The notes beneath the pieces are model-generated. The model saw nothing but the letters and a program-made list of their open reading frames with translations, was not told the DNA's origin and ran no database searches. Below, piece after piece: positions 41,601-54,380 of a DNA stretch of 64,000 nt (position 1 is its first letter; each line of letters starts with the position of its first letter). Source of the stretch: the human T2T-CHM13v2.0 reference genome, Homo sapiens; assembly GCF_009914755.1 (NCBI RefSeq), contig NC_060944.1. One strand, given 5' to 3'. The position numbers and the translations under genes were made by a program.

Positions 41601-44600
41601 GTGCCCTCTACTGACAGAGTTGAACCTTTCTTTGCAAAGAGCAGTTTTGAAACACTCTTTTTGTAGAATCTGCAAGAGGATATTTGGATAGCTTTGAGGA
41701 TTTCTTGGGAAACGGGAATGTCTTCAGATAAACTCTAGACAGAAGCATTCTCAGAAACTTCTTTGGGATGTTTCAATTGAAGTCACAGTGTTGAACATTC
41801 CCTTTCACAGAGCAGGTTTGAAACACTCTTTTTGTAGTGTCTATAAGTGAACATTTGGCGTGCTTTCAGGCCTAACGTGAAAAAGGAAATATCTTCCCAT
41901 AAAAACTAGACAGAAGCATTCTCAGAAACTTGTTCTTGATGTGTGCCCTCTACTGACAGAGTTGAACCTTTCTTTGCAAAGAGCAGCTTTGAAACACTCT
42001 TTTTGTAGAATCTGCAAGAGGATATTTGGATAGCTTGGAGGATTTCGTTGGAAACGGGTATGTCTTCAGATAAACTCTAGACAGAAGCATTCTCAGAAAC
42101 TTCTTTGGGATGTTGCATTCAAGTCACAGAGTAGAACATTCCCATTCATAGAGCAGATTTGAAACACTCTTTTTGTAGTATCTGGAAGTGGACATTTGGA
42201 GCGCTTTCAGGCCTATGTTGAAAAAGGAAATATCTTCCCATAAAAACTAGACGGAAGCATTCTCAGAAACTTATTTGTGATGTGTTTGCTCAACTAACAG
42301 GATTGAACCATCGTTTTGAAGGAGCAGTTTTGAAACACTGTTTTCGTGGAATCTGCAAGTGGATATTTGGCTAGCTTTGAGGATTTCGTTGGAAACGGGA
42401 TTACATATAAAAAGGAGACAGCAGCATTCTCAGAAACTTCTTTGTGATGTCTGCATTCAATTCACAGAGTTGAGCATTCCCTTTCATAGAGCAGGTTGGA
42501 AACACTCTTTTTGTAGTATCTGGATGAGGACATTTGGAGCGCTTTCAGGCGTATGGTGAAAAAGGAAATATCTTCCCGTAAAAACTAGACAGAAGCATTC
42601 TCAGAAGTTTATTTGTGATGTGTGCCCTCAACTAACAGAGTTGAACCTTTCTTTTGATAGAGCAGTTTTGAAACACTCTTTTTGTAAAATCTGCAAGAGG
42701 ATATTTGGATAGCTTTGAGGATTTCGTTGCAAACGGGAATGGCTTCATATAAACTCTAGACAGAAGCATTCTCAGAAACTTCGTTGGGATGTTTCGATTG
42801 AAGTCCCAGTGTTGAACATTCCCTTTTATAGAGCAGGTTGGAAACACTCTTTCTGCATTCCCTGGAAGTGGACATTTGGAGCGCTTTCAGGACGACGGTG
42901 AAAATGGAAATATCTTCCAAGAAAATCTAGATAGAAGCAACGTCAGAAACTTTTATGTGATGGATCTACTCAGCTAACAGAGTTGAACCTTTCTTTTGAG
43001 AGAGCAGTTTTGCAACACTCTTTTTGTGGAATATGCAAGTGGATATTAGGGCAGCTTTGAGGATTTCGTTGGAAACGGGAATACATGTAAAAAGCAGACA
43101 GCAGCATTCTCAGAAACTTCTTTGTGATGTTTGCATTGAAGTCACAGAGTTGAACATTCCCTTTGAGAGAGCAGGTTTGAAACACGCCTTTTGTCATATC
43201 TGGAAGTGTCCATTCGGAGCGCATTCAGGCTTGTGTTGAAACAGGAAATATCCTCCCATAAAAACTAGACAGAAGCATTCTCAGAAACTTATTTGTGATG
43301 TATGTACTCAACTAACAGAACTAAACCATCGTTTTGAAGGAGCAGTTTTGAAACACTCTTTTTGCGGAATCTGCAAGTGGATATTTGGCTAGCTGGGAGG
43401 ATTTCGTTGGAAACGGGATTACATACAAAAAGCAGACAGCAGCATTCTCAGAAACTTCTTTGTGATGTTTGCATTCAAGTCACAGAGTTGAACATTCCCT
43501 TTCATAGAGCAGGTTTGAAACACTCTTTTTGTAGTATCTGGATGTGGACATTTGGATCGCTTTCAGGCCTATGGTGAAAAAGGAAATATCTTCCCATGAA
43601 AACTAGACAGAAGCATTCTCAGAAACTTATTTGTGATGTGTGCCCTCAACTGACAGTGTTGAACCTTTGTTTTGATAGAGCAGTTCTGAAACACACTTTT
43701 TGTAAAATCTGCAAGAGGATATTTGGATAGCTTTGAGGATTTCGTTGGAAACGGGAATGTCTTCATGTAAACTCTAGACAGAAGCATTCTCAGAAACTGC
43801 TTTGGGATGTTTCAATTGAAGTCCCAGTGTTGAACATTCCCTTTCATAGAGCAGGTTTGAAACACTCTTTTTGTACTATCTGGAAGTGGACATTTGGAGC
43901 GCTTTCAGGTCTACGGTGAAAAAGGAGATATCTTCCAATAAAAACTAGATAGAAGCAATGTCAGAACTTTTTTCATGATGTATCTACTCAGCAAACAGAG
44001 TTGAACCTTTCTTTTGAGAGAGCAGTTTTGAAACACTCTTTTTGTGGAATATGCAAGTGGGTATTAGGCCAGCTTGGAGGATTTCGTTGGAAACGGGAAT
44101 ACGTATAAAAAGCAGACAGCAGCATTGTCAGAAACTACTTTGTGATGTTTGCATTCAAGTCACAGAATTGAACACTCCCTTTCACAGAGCAGGTTTGAAA
44201 CACTCTTTTTGTAGTGTCTGTAAGTGAACATTTGGATTGCTTTCAGGCCTAAGGTGAAAAAGGAAATATCTTCCCATAAAAACTAGACAGAAGCATTCTC
44301 AGAAACTTGTTTGTGATGTGTGCCCTCTACTGACAGAGTTGAACCTTTCTTTGCAAAGAGCAGTTTTGAAACACTCTTTTTGTAGAATCTGCAAGAGGAT
44401 ATTTGGATAGCTTTGAGGATTTCTTGGGAAACGGGAATGTCTTCAGATAAACTCTAGACAGAAGCATTCTCAGAAACTTCTTTGGGATGTTTCAATTGAA
44501 GTCACAGTGTTGAACATTCCCTTTCACAGAGCAGGTTTGAAACACTCTTTTTGTAGTGTCTATAAGTGAACATTTGGCGTGCTTTCAGGCCTAACGTGAA

Positions 44601-47600
44601 AAAGGAAATATCTTCCCATAAAAACTAGACAGAAGCATTCTCAGAAACTTGTTCTTGATGTGTGCCCTCTACTGACAGAGTTGAACCTTTCTTTGCAAAG
44701 AGCAGCTTTGAAACACTCTTTTTGTAGAATCTGCAAGAGGATATTTGGATAGCTTGGAGGATTTCGTTGGAAACGGGTATGTCTTCAGATAAACTCTAGA
44801 CAGAAGCATTCTCAGAAACTTCTTTGGGATGTTGCATTCAAGTCACAGAGTAGAACATTCCCATTCATAGAGCAGATTTGAAACACTCTTTTTGTAGTAT
44901 CTGGAAGTGGACATTTGGAGCGCTTTCAGGCCTATGTTGAAAAAGGAAATATCTTCCCATAAAAACTAGACGGAAGCATTCTCAGAAACTTATTTGTGAT
45001 GTGTTTGCTCAACTAACAGGATTGAACCATCGTTTTGAAGGAGCAGTTTTGAAACACTGTTTTCGTGGAATCTGCAAGTGGATATTTGGCTAGCTTTGAG
45101 GATTTCGTTGGAAACGGGATTACATATAAAAAGGAGACAGCAGCATTCTCAGAAACTTCTTTGTGATGTCTGCATTCAATTCACAGAGTTGAGCATTCCC
45201 TTTCATAGAGCAGGTTGGAAACACTCTTTTTGTAGTATCTGGATGAGGACATTTGGAGCGCTTTCAGGCGTATGGTGAAAAAGGAAATATCTTCCCGTAA
45301 AAACTAGACAGAAGCATTCTCAGAAGTTTATTTGTGATGTGTGCCCTCAACTAACAGAGTTGAACCTTTCTTTTGATAGAGCAGTTTTGAAACACTCTTT
45401 TTGTAAAATCTGCAAGAGGATATTTGGATAGCTTTGAGGATTTCGTTGCAAACGGGAATGGCTTCATATAAACTCTAGACAGAAGCATTCTCAGAAACTT
45501 CGTTGGGATGTTTCGATTGAAGTCCCAGTGTTGAACATTCCCTTTTATAGAGCAGGTTGGAAACACTCTTTCTGCATTCCCTGGAAGTGGACATTTGGAG
45601 CGCTTTCAGGACGACGGTGAAAATGGAAATATCTTCCAAGAAAATCTAGATAGAAGCAACGTCAGAAACTTTTATGTGATGGATCTACTCAGCTAACAGA
45701 GTTGAACCTTTCTTTTGAGAGAGCAGTTTTGCAACACTCTTTTTGTGGAATATGCAAGTGGATATTAGGGCAGCTTTGAGGATTTCGTTGGAAACGGGAA
45801 TACATGTAAAAAGCAGACAGCAGCATTCTCAGAAACTTCTTTGTGATGTTTGCATTGAAGTCACAGAGTTGAACATTCCCTTTGAGAGAGCAGGTTTGAA
45901 ACACGCCTTTTGTCATATCTGGAAGTGTCCATTCGGAGTGCATTCAGGCTTGTGTTGAAACAGGAAATATCCTCCCATAAAAACTAGACAGAAGCATTCT
46001 CAGAAACTTATCTGTGATGTATGTACTCAACTAACAGAACTAAACCATCGTTTTGAAGGAGCAGTTTTGAAACACTCTTTTTGCGGAATCTGCAAGTGGA
46101 TATTTGGCTAGCTGGGAGGATTTCGTTGGAAACGGGATTACATACAAAAAGCAGACAGCAGCATTCTCAGAAACTTCTTTGTGATGTTTGCATTCAAGTC
46201 ACAGAGTTGAACATTCCCTTTCATAGAGCAGGTTTGAAACACTCTTTTTGTAGTATCTGGATGTGGACATTTGGATCGCTTTCAGGCCTATGGTGAAAAA
46301 GGAAATATCTTCCCATGAAAACTAGACAGAAGCATTCTCAGAAACTTATTTGTGATGTGTGCCCTCAACTGACAGTGTTGAACCTTTGTTTTGATAGAGC
46401 AGTTCTGAAACACACTTTTTGTAAAATCTGCAAGAGGATATTTGGATAGCTTTGAGGATTTCGTTGGAAACGGGAATGTCTTCATGTAAACTCTAGACAG
46501 AAGCATTCTCAGAAACTGCTTTGAGATGTTTCAATTGAAGTCCCAGTGTTGAACATTCCCTTTCATAGAGCAGGTTTGAAACACTCTTTTTGTACTATCT
46601 GGAAGTGGACATTTGGAGCGCTTTCAGGTCTACGGTGAAAAAGGAGATATCTTCCAATAAAAACTAGATAGAAGCAATGTCAGAACTTTTTTCATGATGT
46701 ATCTACTCAGCAAACAGAGTTGAACCTTTCTTTTGAGAGAGCAGTTTTGAAACACTCTTTTTGTGGAATATGCAAGTGGGTATTAGGCCAGCTTGGAGGA
46801 TTTCGTTGGAAACGGGAATACGTATAAAAAGCAGACAGCAGCATTGTCAGAAACTACTTTGTGATGTTTGCATTCAAGTCACAGAATTGAACACTCCCTT
46901 TCACAGAGCAGGTTTGAAACACTCTTTTTGTAGTGTCTGTAAGTGAACATTTGGATTGCTTTCAGGCCTAAGGTGAAAAAGGAAATATCTTCCCATAAAA
47001 ACTAGACAGAAGCATTCTCAGAAACTTGTTTGTGATGTGTGCCCTCTACTGACAGAGTTGAACCTTTCTTTGCAAAGAGCAGTTTTGAAACACTCTTTTT
47101 GTAGAATCTGCAAGAGGATATTTGGATAGCTTTGAGGATTTCTTGGGAAACGGGAATGTCTTCAGATAAACTCTAGACAGAAGCATTCTCAGAAACTTCT
47201 TTGGGATGTTTCAATTGAAGTCACAGTGTTGAACATTCCCTTTCACAGAGCAGGTTTGAAACACTCTTTTTGTAGTGTCTATAAGTGAACATTTGGCGTG
47301 CTTTCAGGCCTAACGTGAAAAAGGAAATATCTTCCCATAAAAACTAGACAGAAGCATTCTCAGAAACTTGTTCTTGATGTGTCCCCTCTACTGACAGAGT
47401 TGAACCTTTCTTTGCAAAGAGCAGCTTTGAAACACTCTTTTTGTAGAATCTGCAAGAGGATATTTGGATAGCTTGGAGGATTTCGTTGGAAACGGGTATG
47501 TCTTCAGATAAACTCTAGACAGAAGCATTCTCAGAAACTTCTTTGGGAAGTTGCATTCAAGTCACAGAGTAGAACATTCCCATTCATAGAGCAGATTTGA

Positions 47601-50600
47601 AACACTCTTTTTGTAGTATCTGGAAGTGGACATTTGGAGCGCTTTCAGGCCTATGTTGAAAAAGGAAATATCTTCCCATAAAAACTAGACGGAAGCATTC
47701 TCAGAAACTTATTTGTGATGTGTTTGCTCAACTAACAGGATTGAACCATCGTTTTGAAGGAGCAGTTTTGAAACACTGTTTTCGTGGAATCTGCAAGTGG
47801 ATATTTGGCTAGCTTTGAGGATTTCGTTGGAAACGGGATTACATATAAAAAGGAGACAGCAGCATTCTCAGAAACTTCTTTGTGATGTCTGCATTCAATT
47901 CACAGAGTTGAGCATTCCCTTTCATAGAGCAGGTTGGAAACACTCTTTTTGTAGTATCTGGATGAGGACATTTGGAGCGCTTTCAGGCGTATGGTGAAAA
48001 AGGAAATATCTTCCCGTAAAAACTAGACAGAAGCCTTCTCAGAAGTTTATTTGTGATGTGTGCCCTCAACTAACAGAGTTGAACCTTTCTTTTGATAGAG
48101 CAGTTTTGAAACACTCTTTTTGTAAAATCTGCAAGAGGATATTTGGATAGCTTTGAGGATTTCGTTGCAAACGGGAATGGCTTCATATAAACTCTAGACA
48201 GAAGCATTCTCAGAAACTTCGTTGGGATGTTTCGATTGAAGTCCCAGTGTTGAACATTCCCTTTTATAGAGCAGGTTGGAAACACTCTTTCTGCATTCCC
48301 TGGAAGTGGACATTTGGAGCGCTTTCAGGACGACGGTGAAAATGGAAATATCTTCCAAGAAAATCTAGATAGAAGCAATGTCAGAAACTTTTATGTGATG
48401 GATCTACTCAGCTAACAGAGTTGAACCTTTCTTTTGAGAGAGCAGTTTTGCAACACTCTTTTTGTGGAATATGCAAGTGGATATTAGGGCAGCTTTGAGG
48501 ATTTCGTTGGAAACGGGAATACATGTAAAAAGCAGACAGCAGCATTCTCAGAAACTTCTTTGTGATGTTTGCATTGAAGTCACAGAGTTGAACATTCCCT
48601 TTGAGAGAGCAGGTTTGAAACACGCCTTTTGTCATATCTGGAAGTGTCCATTCGGAGCGCATTCAGGCTTGTGTTGAAAAAGGAAATATCCTCCCATAAA
48701 AACTAGACAGAAGCATTCTCAGAAACTTATCTGTGATGTATGTACTCAACTAACAGAACTAAACCATCGTTTTGAAGGAGCAGTTTTGAAACACTCTTTT
48801 TGCGGAATCTGCAAGTGGATATTTGGCTAGCTGGGAGGATTTCGTTGGAAACGGGATTACATACAAAAAGCAGAGAGCAGCATTCTCAGAAACTTCTTTG
48901 TGATGTTTGCATTCAAGTCACAGAGTTGAACATTCCCTTTCATAGAGCAGGTTTGAAACACTCTTTTTGTAGTATCTGGATGTGGACATTTGGATCGCTT
49001 TCAGGCCTATGGTGAAAAAGGAAATATCTTCCCATGAAAACTAGACAGAAGCATTCTCAGAAACTTATTTGTGATGTGTGCCCTCAACTGACAGTGTTGA
49101 ACCTTTGTTTTGATAGAGCAGTTCTGAAACACACTTTTTGTAAAATCTGCAAGAGGATATTTGGATAGCTTTGAGGATTTCGTTGGAAACGGGAATGTCT
49201 TCATGTAAACTCTGGACAGAAGCATTCTCAGAAACTGCTTTGGGATGTTTCAATTGAAGTCCCAGTGTTGAACATTCCCTTTCATAGAGCAGGTTTGAAA
49301 CACTCTTTTTGTACTATCTGGAAGTGGACATTTGGAGCGCTTTCAGGTCTACGGTGAAAAAGGAGATATCTTCCAATAAAAACTAGATAGAAGCAATGTC
49401 AGAACTTTTTTCATGATGTATCTACTCAGCAAACAGAGTTGAACCTTTCTTTTGAGAGAGCAGTTTTGAAACACTCTTTTTGTGGAATATGCAAGTGGGT
49501 ATTAGGCCAGCTTGGAGGATTTCGTTGGAAACGGGAATACGTATAAAAAGCAGACAGCAGCATTGTCAGAAACTACTTTGTGATGTTTGCATTCAAGTCA
49601 CAGAATTGAACACTCCCTTTCACAGAGCAGGTTTGAAACACTCTTTTTGTAGTGTCTGTAAGTGAACATTTGGATTGCTTTCAGGCCTAAGGTGAAAAAG
49701 GAAATATCTTCCCATAAAAACTAGACAGAAGCATTCTCAGAAACTTGTTTGTGATGTGTGCCCTCTACTGACAGAGTTGAACCTTTCTTTGCAAAGAGCA
49801 GTTTTGAAACACTCTTTTTGTAGAATCTGCAAGAGGATATTTGGATAGCTTTGAGGATTTCTTGGGAAACGGGAATGTCTTCAGATAAACTCTAGACAGA
49901 AGCATTCTCAGAAACTTCTTTGGGATGTTTCAATTGAAGTCACAGTGTTGAACATTCCCTTTCACAGAGCAGGTTTGAAACACTCTTTTTGTAGTGTCTA
50001 TAAGTGAACATTTGGCGTGCTTTCAGGCCTAACGTGAAAAAGGAAATATCTTCCCATAAAAACTAGACAGAAGCATTCTCAGAAACTTGTTCGTGATGTG
50101 TGCCCTCTACTGACAGAGTTGAACCTTTCTTTGCAAAGAGCAGCTTTGAAACACACTTTTTGTAGAATCTGCAAGAGGATATTTGGATAGCTTGGAGGAT
50201 TTCGTTGGAAACGGGTATGTCTTCAGATAAACTCTAGACAGAAGCATTCTCAGAAACTTCTTTGGGATGTTGCATTCAAGTCACAGAGTAGAACATTCCC
50301 ATTCATAGAGCAGATTTGAAACACTCTTTTTGTAGTATCTGGAAGTGGACATTTGGAGCGCTTTCAGGCCTATGTTGAAAAAGGAAATATCTTCCCATAA
50401 AAACTAGACGGAAGCATTCTCAGAAACTTATTTGTGATGTGTTTGCTCAACTAACAGGATTGAACCATCGTTTTGAAGGAGCAGTTTTGAAACACTGTTT
50501 TCGTGGAATCTGCAAGTGGATATTTGGCTAGCTTTGAGGATTTCGTTGGAAACGGGATTACATATAAAAAGGAGACAGCAGCATTCTCAGAAACTTCTTT

Positions 50601-51593
50601 GTGATGTCTGCATTCAATTCACAGAGTTGAGCATTCCCTTTCATAGAGCAGGTTGGAAACACTCTTTTTGTAGTATCTGGATGAGGACATTTGGAGCGCT
50701 TTCAGGCGTATGGTGAAAAAGGAAATATCTTCCCGTAAAAACTAGACAGAAGCATTCTCAGAAGTTTATTTGTGATGTGTGCCCTCAACTAACAGAGTTG
50801 AACCTTTCTTTTGATAGAGCAGTTTTGAAACACTCTTTTTGTAAAATCTGCAAGAGGATATTTGGATAGCTTTGAGGATTTCGTTGCAAACGGGAATGGC
50901 TTCATATAAACTCTAGACAGAAGCATTCTCAGAAACTTCGTTGGGATGTTTCGATTGAAGTCCCAGTGTTGAACATTCCCTTTTATAGAGCAGGTTGGAA
51001 ACACTCTTTCTGCATTCCCTGGAAGTGGACATTTGGAGCGCTTTCAGGACGACGGTGAAAATGGAAATATCTTCCAAGAAAATCTAGATAGAAGCAATGT
51101 CAGAAACTTTTATGTGATGGATCTACTCAGCTAACAGAGTTGAACCTTTCTTTTGAGAGAGCAGTTTTGCAACACTCTTTTTGTGGAATATGCAAGTGGA
51201 TATTAGGGCAGCTTTGAGGATTTCGTTGGAAACGGGAATACATGTAAAAAGCAGACAGCAGCATTCTCAGAAACTTCTTTGTGATGTTTGCATTGAAGTC
51301 ACAGAGTTGAACATTCCCTTTGAGAGAGCAGGTTTGAAACACGCCTTTTGTCATATCTGGAAGTGTCCATTCGGAGCGCATTCAGGCTTGTGTTGAAAAA
51401 GGAAATATCCTCCCATAAAAACTAGACAGAAGCATTCTCAGAAACTTATCTGTGATGTATGTACTCAACTAACAGAACTAAACCATCGTTTTGAAGGAGC
51501 AGTTTTGAAACACTCTTTTTGCGGAATCTGCAAGTGGATATTTGGCTAGCTGGGAGGATTTCGTTGGAAACGGGATTACATACAAAAAGCAGA
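32629..51593 (+). repeat. Copy B of the ~19 kb (7-HOR) intra-array duplication
   Basis: Shares rare variants with copy A: 309/32937, 1540/34168, 7843/40471, 10614/43242, 13896/46524, 17465/50093 and 17527/50155. Confidence 0.88.
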
Positions 51594-54380
51594 CAGCAGC
51601 ATTCTCAGAAACTTCTTTGTGATGTTTGCATTCAAGTCACAGAGTTGAACATTCCCTTTCATAGAGCAGGTTTGAAACACTCTTTTTGTAGTATCTGGAT
51701 GTGGACATTTGGATCGCTTTCAGGCCTATGGTGAAAAAGGAAATATCTTCCCATGAAGACTAGACAGAAGCATTCTCAGAAACTTATTTGTGATGTGTGC
51801 CCTCAACTGACAGTGTTGAACCTTTGTTTTGATAGAGCAGTTCTGAAACACACTTTTTGTAAAATCTGCAAGAGGATATTTGGATAGCTTTGAGGATTTC
51901 GTTGGAAACGGGAATGTCTTCATGTAAACTCTAGACAGAAGCATTCTCAGAAACTGCTTTGGGATGTTTCAATTGAAGTCCCAGTGTTGAACATTCCCAT
52001 TCATAGAGCAGGTTTGAAACACTCTTTTTGTACTATCTGGAAGTGGACATTTGGAGCGCTTTCAGGTCTACGGTGAAAAAGGAGATATCTTCCAATAAAA
52101 ACTAGATAGAAGCAATGTCAGAACTTTTTTCATGATGTATCTACTCAGCAAACAGAGTTGAACCTTTCTTTTGAGAGAGCAGTTTTGAAACACTCTTTTT
52201 GTGGAATATGCAAGTGGGTATTAGGCCAGCTTGGAGGATTTCGTTGGAAACGGGAATACGTATAAAAAGCAGACAGCAGCATTGTCAGAAACTACTTTGT
52301 GATGTTTGCATTCAAGTCACAGAATTGAACACTCCCTTTCACAGAGCAGGTTTGAAACACTCTTTTTGTAGTGTCTGTAAGTGAACATTTGGATTGCTTT
52401 CAGGCCTAAGGTGAAAAAGGAAATATCTTCCCATAAAAACTAGACAGAAGCATTCTCAGAAACTTGTTTGTGATGTGTGCCCTCTACTGACAGAGTTGAA
52501 CCTTTCTTTGCAAAGAGCAGTTTTGAAACACTCTTTTTGTAGAATCTGCAAGAGGATATTTGGATAGCTTTGAGGATTTCTTGGGAAACGGGAATGTCTT
52601 CAGATAAACTCTAGACAGAAGCATTCTCAGAAACTTCTTTGGGATGTTTCAATTGAAGTCACAGTGTTGAACATTCCCTTTCACAGAGCAGGTTTGAAAC
52701 ACTCTTTTTGTAGTGTCTATAAGTGAACATTTGGCGTGCTTTCAGGCCTAACGTGAAAAAGGAAATATCTTCCCATAAAAACTAGACAGAAGCATTCTCA
52801 GAAACTTGTTCTTGATGTGTGCCCTCTACTGACAGAGTTGAACCTTTCTTTGCAAAGAGCAGCTTTGAAACACTCTTTTTGTAGAATCTGCAAGAGGATA
52901 TTTGGATAGCTTGGAGGATTTCGTTGGAAACGGGTATGTCTTCAGATAAACTCTAGACAGAAGCATTCTCAGAAACTTCTTTGGGATGTTGCATTCAAGT
53001 CACAGAGTAGAACATTCCCATTCATAGAGCAGATTTGAAACACTCTTTTTGTAGTATCTGGAAGTGGACATTTGGAGCGCTTTCAGGCCTATGTTGAAAA
53101 AGGAAATATCTTCCCATAAAAACTAGACGGAAGCATTCTCAGAAACTTATTTGTGATGTGTTTGCTCAACTAACAGGATTGAACCATCGTTTTGAAGGAG
53201 CAGTTTTGAAACACTGTTTTCGTGGAATCTGCAAGTGGATATTTGGCTAGCTTTGAGGATTTCGTTGGAAACGGGATTACATATAAAAAGGAGACAGCAG
53301 CATTCTCAGAAACTTCTTTGTGATGTCTGCATTCAATTCACAGAGTTGAGCATTCCCTTTCATAGAGCAGGTTGGAAACACTCTTTTTGTAGTATCTGGA
53401 TGAGGACATTTGGAGCGCTTTCAGGCGTATGGTGAAAAAGGAAATATCTTCCCGTAAAAACTAGACAGAAGCATTCTCAGAAGTTTATTTGTGATGTGTG
53501 CCCTCAACTAACAGAGTTGAACCTTTCTTTTGATAGAGCAGTTTTGAAACACTCTTTTTGTAAAATCTGCAAGAGGATATTTGGATAGCTTTGAGGATTT
53601 CGTTGCAAACGGGAATGGCTTCATATAAACTCTAGACAGAAGCATTCTCAGAAACTTCGTTGGGATGTTTCGATTGAAGTCCCAGTGTTGAACATTCCCT
53701 TTTATAGAGCAGGTTGGAAACACTCTTTCTGCATTCCCTGGAAGTGGACATTTGGAGCGCTTTCAGGACGACGGTGAAAATGGAAATATCTTCCAAGAAA
53801 ATCTAGATAGAAGCAACGTCAGAAACTTTTATGTGATGGATCTACTCAGCTAACAGAGTTGAACCTTTCTTTTGAGAGAGCAGTTTTGCAACACTCTTTT
53901 TGTGGAATATGCAAGTGGATATTAGGGCAGCTTTGAGGATTTCGTTGGAAACGGGAATACATGTAAAAAGCAGACAGCAGCATTCTCAGAAACTTCTTTG
54001 TGATGTTTGCATTGAAGTCACAGAGTTGAACATTCCCTTTGAGAGAGCAGGTTTGAAACACGCCTTTTGTCATATCTGGAAGTGTCCATTCGGAGCGCAT
54101 TCAGGCTTGTGTTGAAAAAGGAAATATCCTCCCATAAAAACTAGACAGAAGCATTCTCAGAAACTTATCTGTGATGTATGTACTCAACTAACAGAACTAA
54201 ACCATCGTTTTGAAGGAGCAGTTTTGAAACACTCTTTTTGCGGAATCTGCAAGTGGATATTTGGCTAGCTGGGAGGATTTCGTTGGAAACGGGATTACAT
54301 ACAAAAAGCAGAGAGCAGCATTCTCAGAAACTTCTTTGTGATGTTTGCATTCAAGTCACAGAGTTGAACATTCCCTTTCA

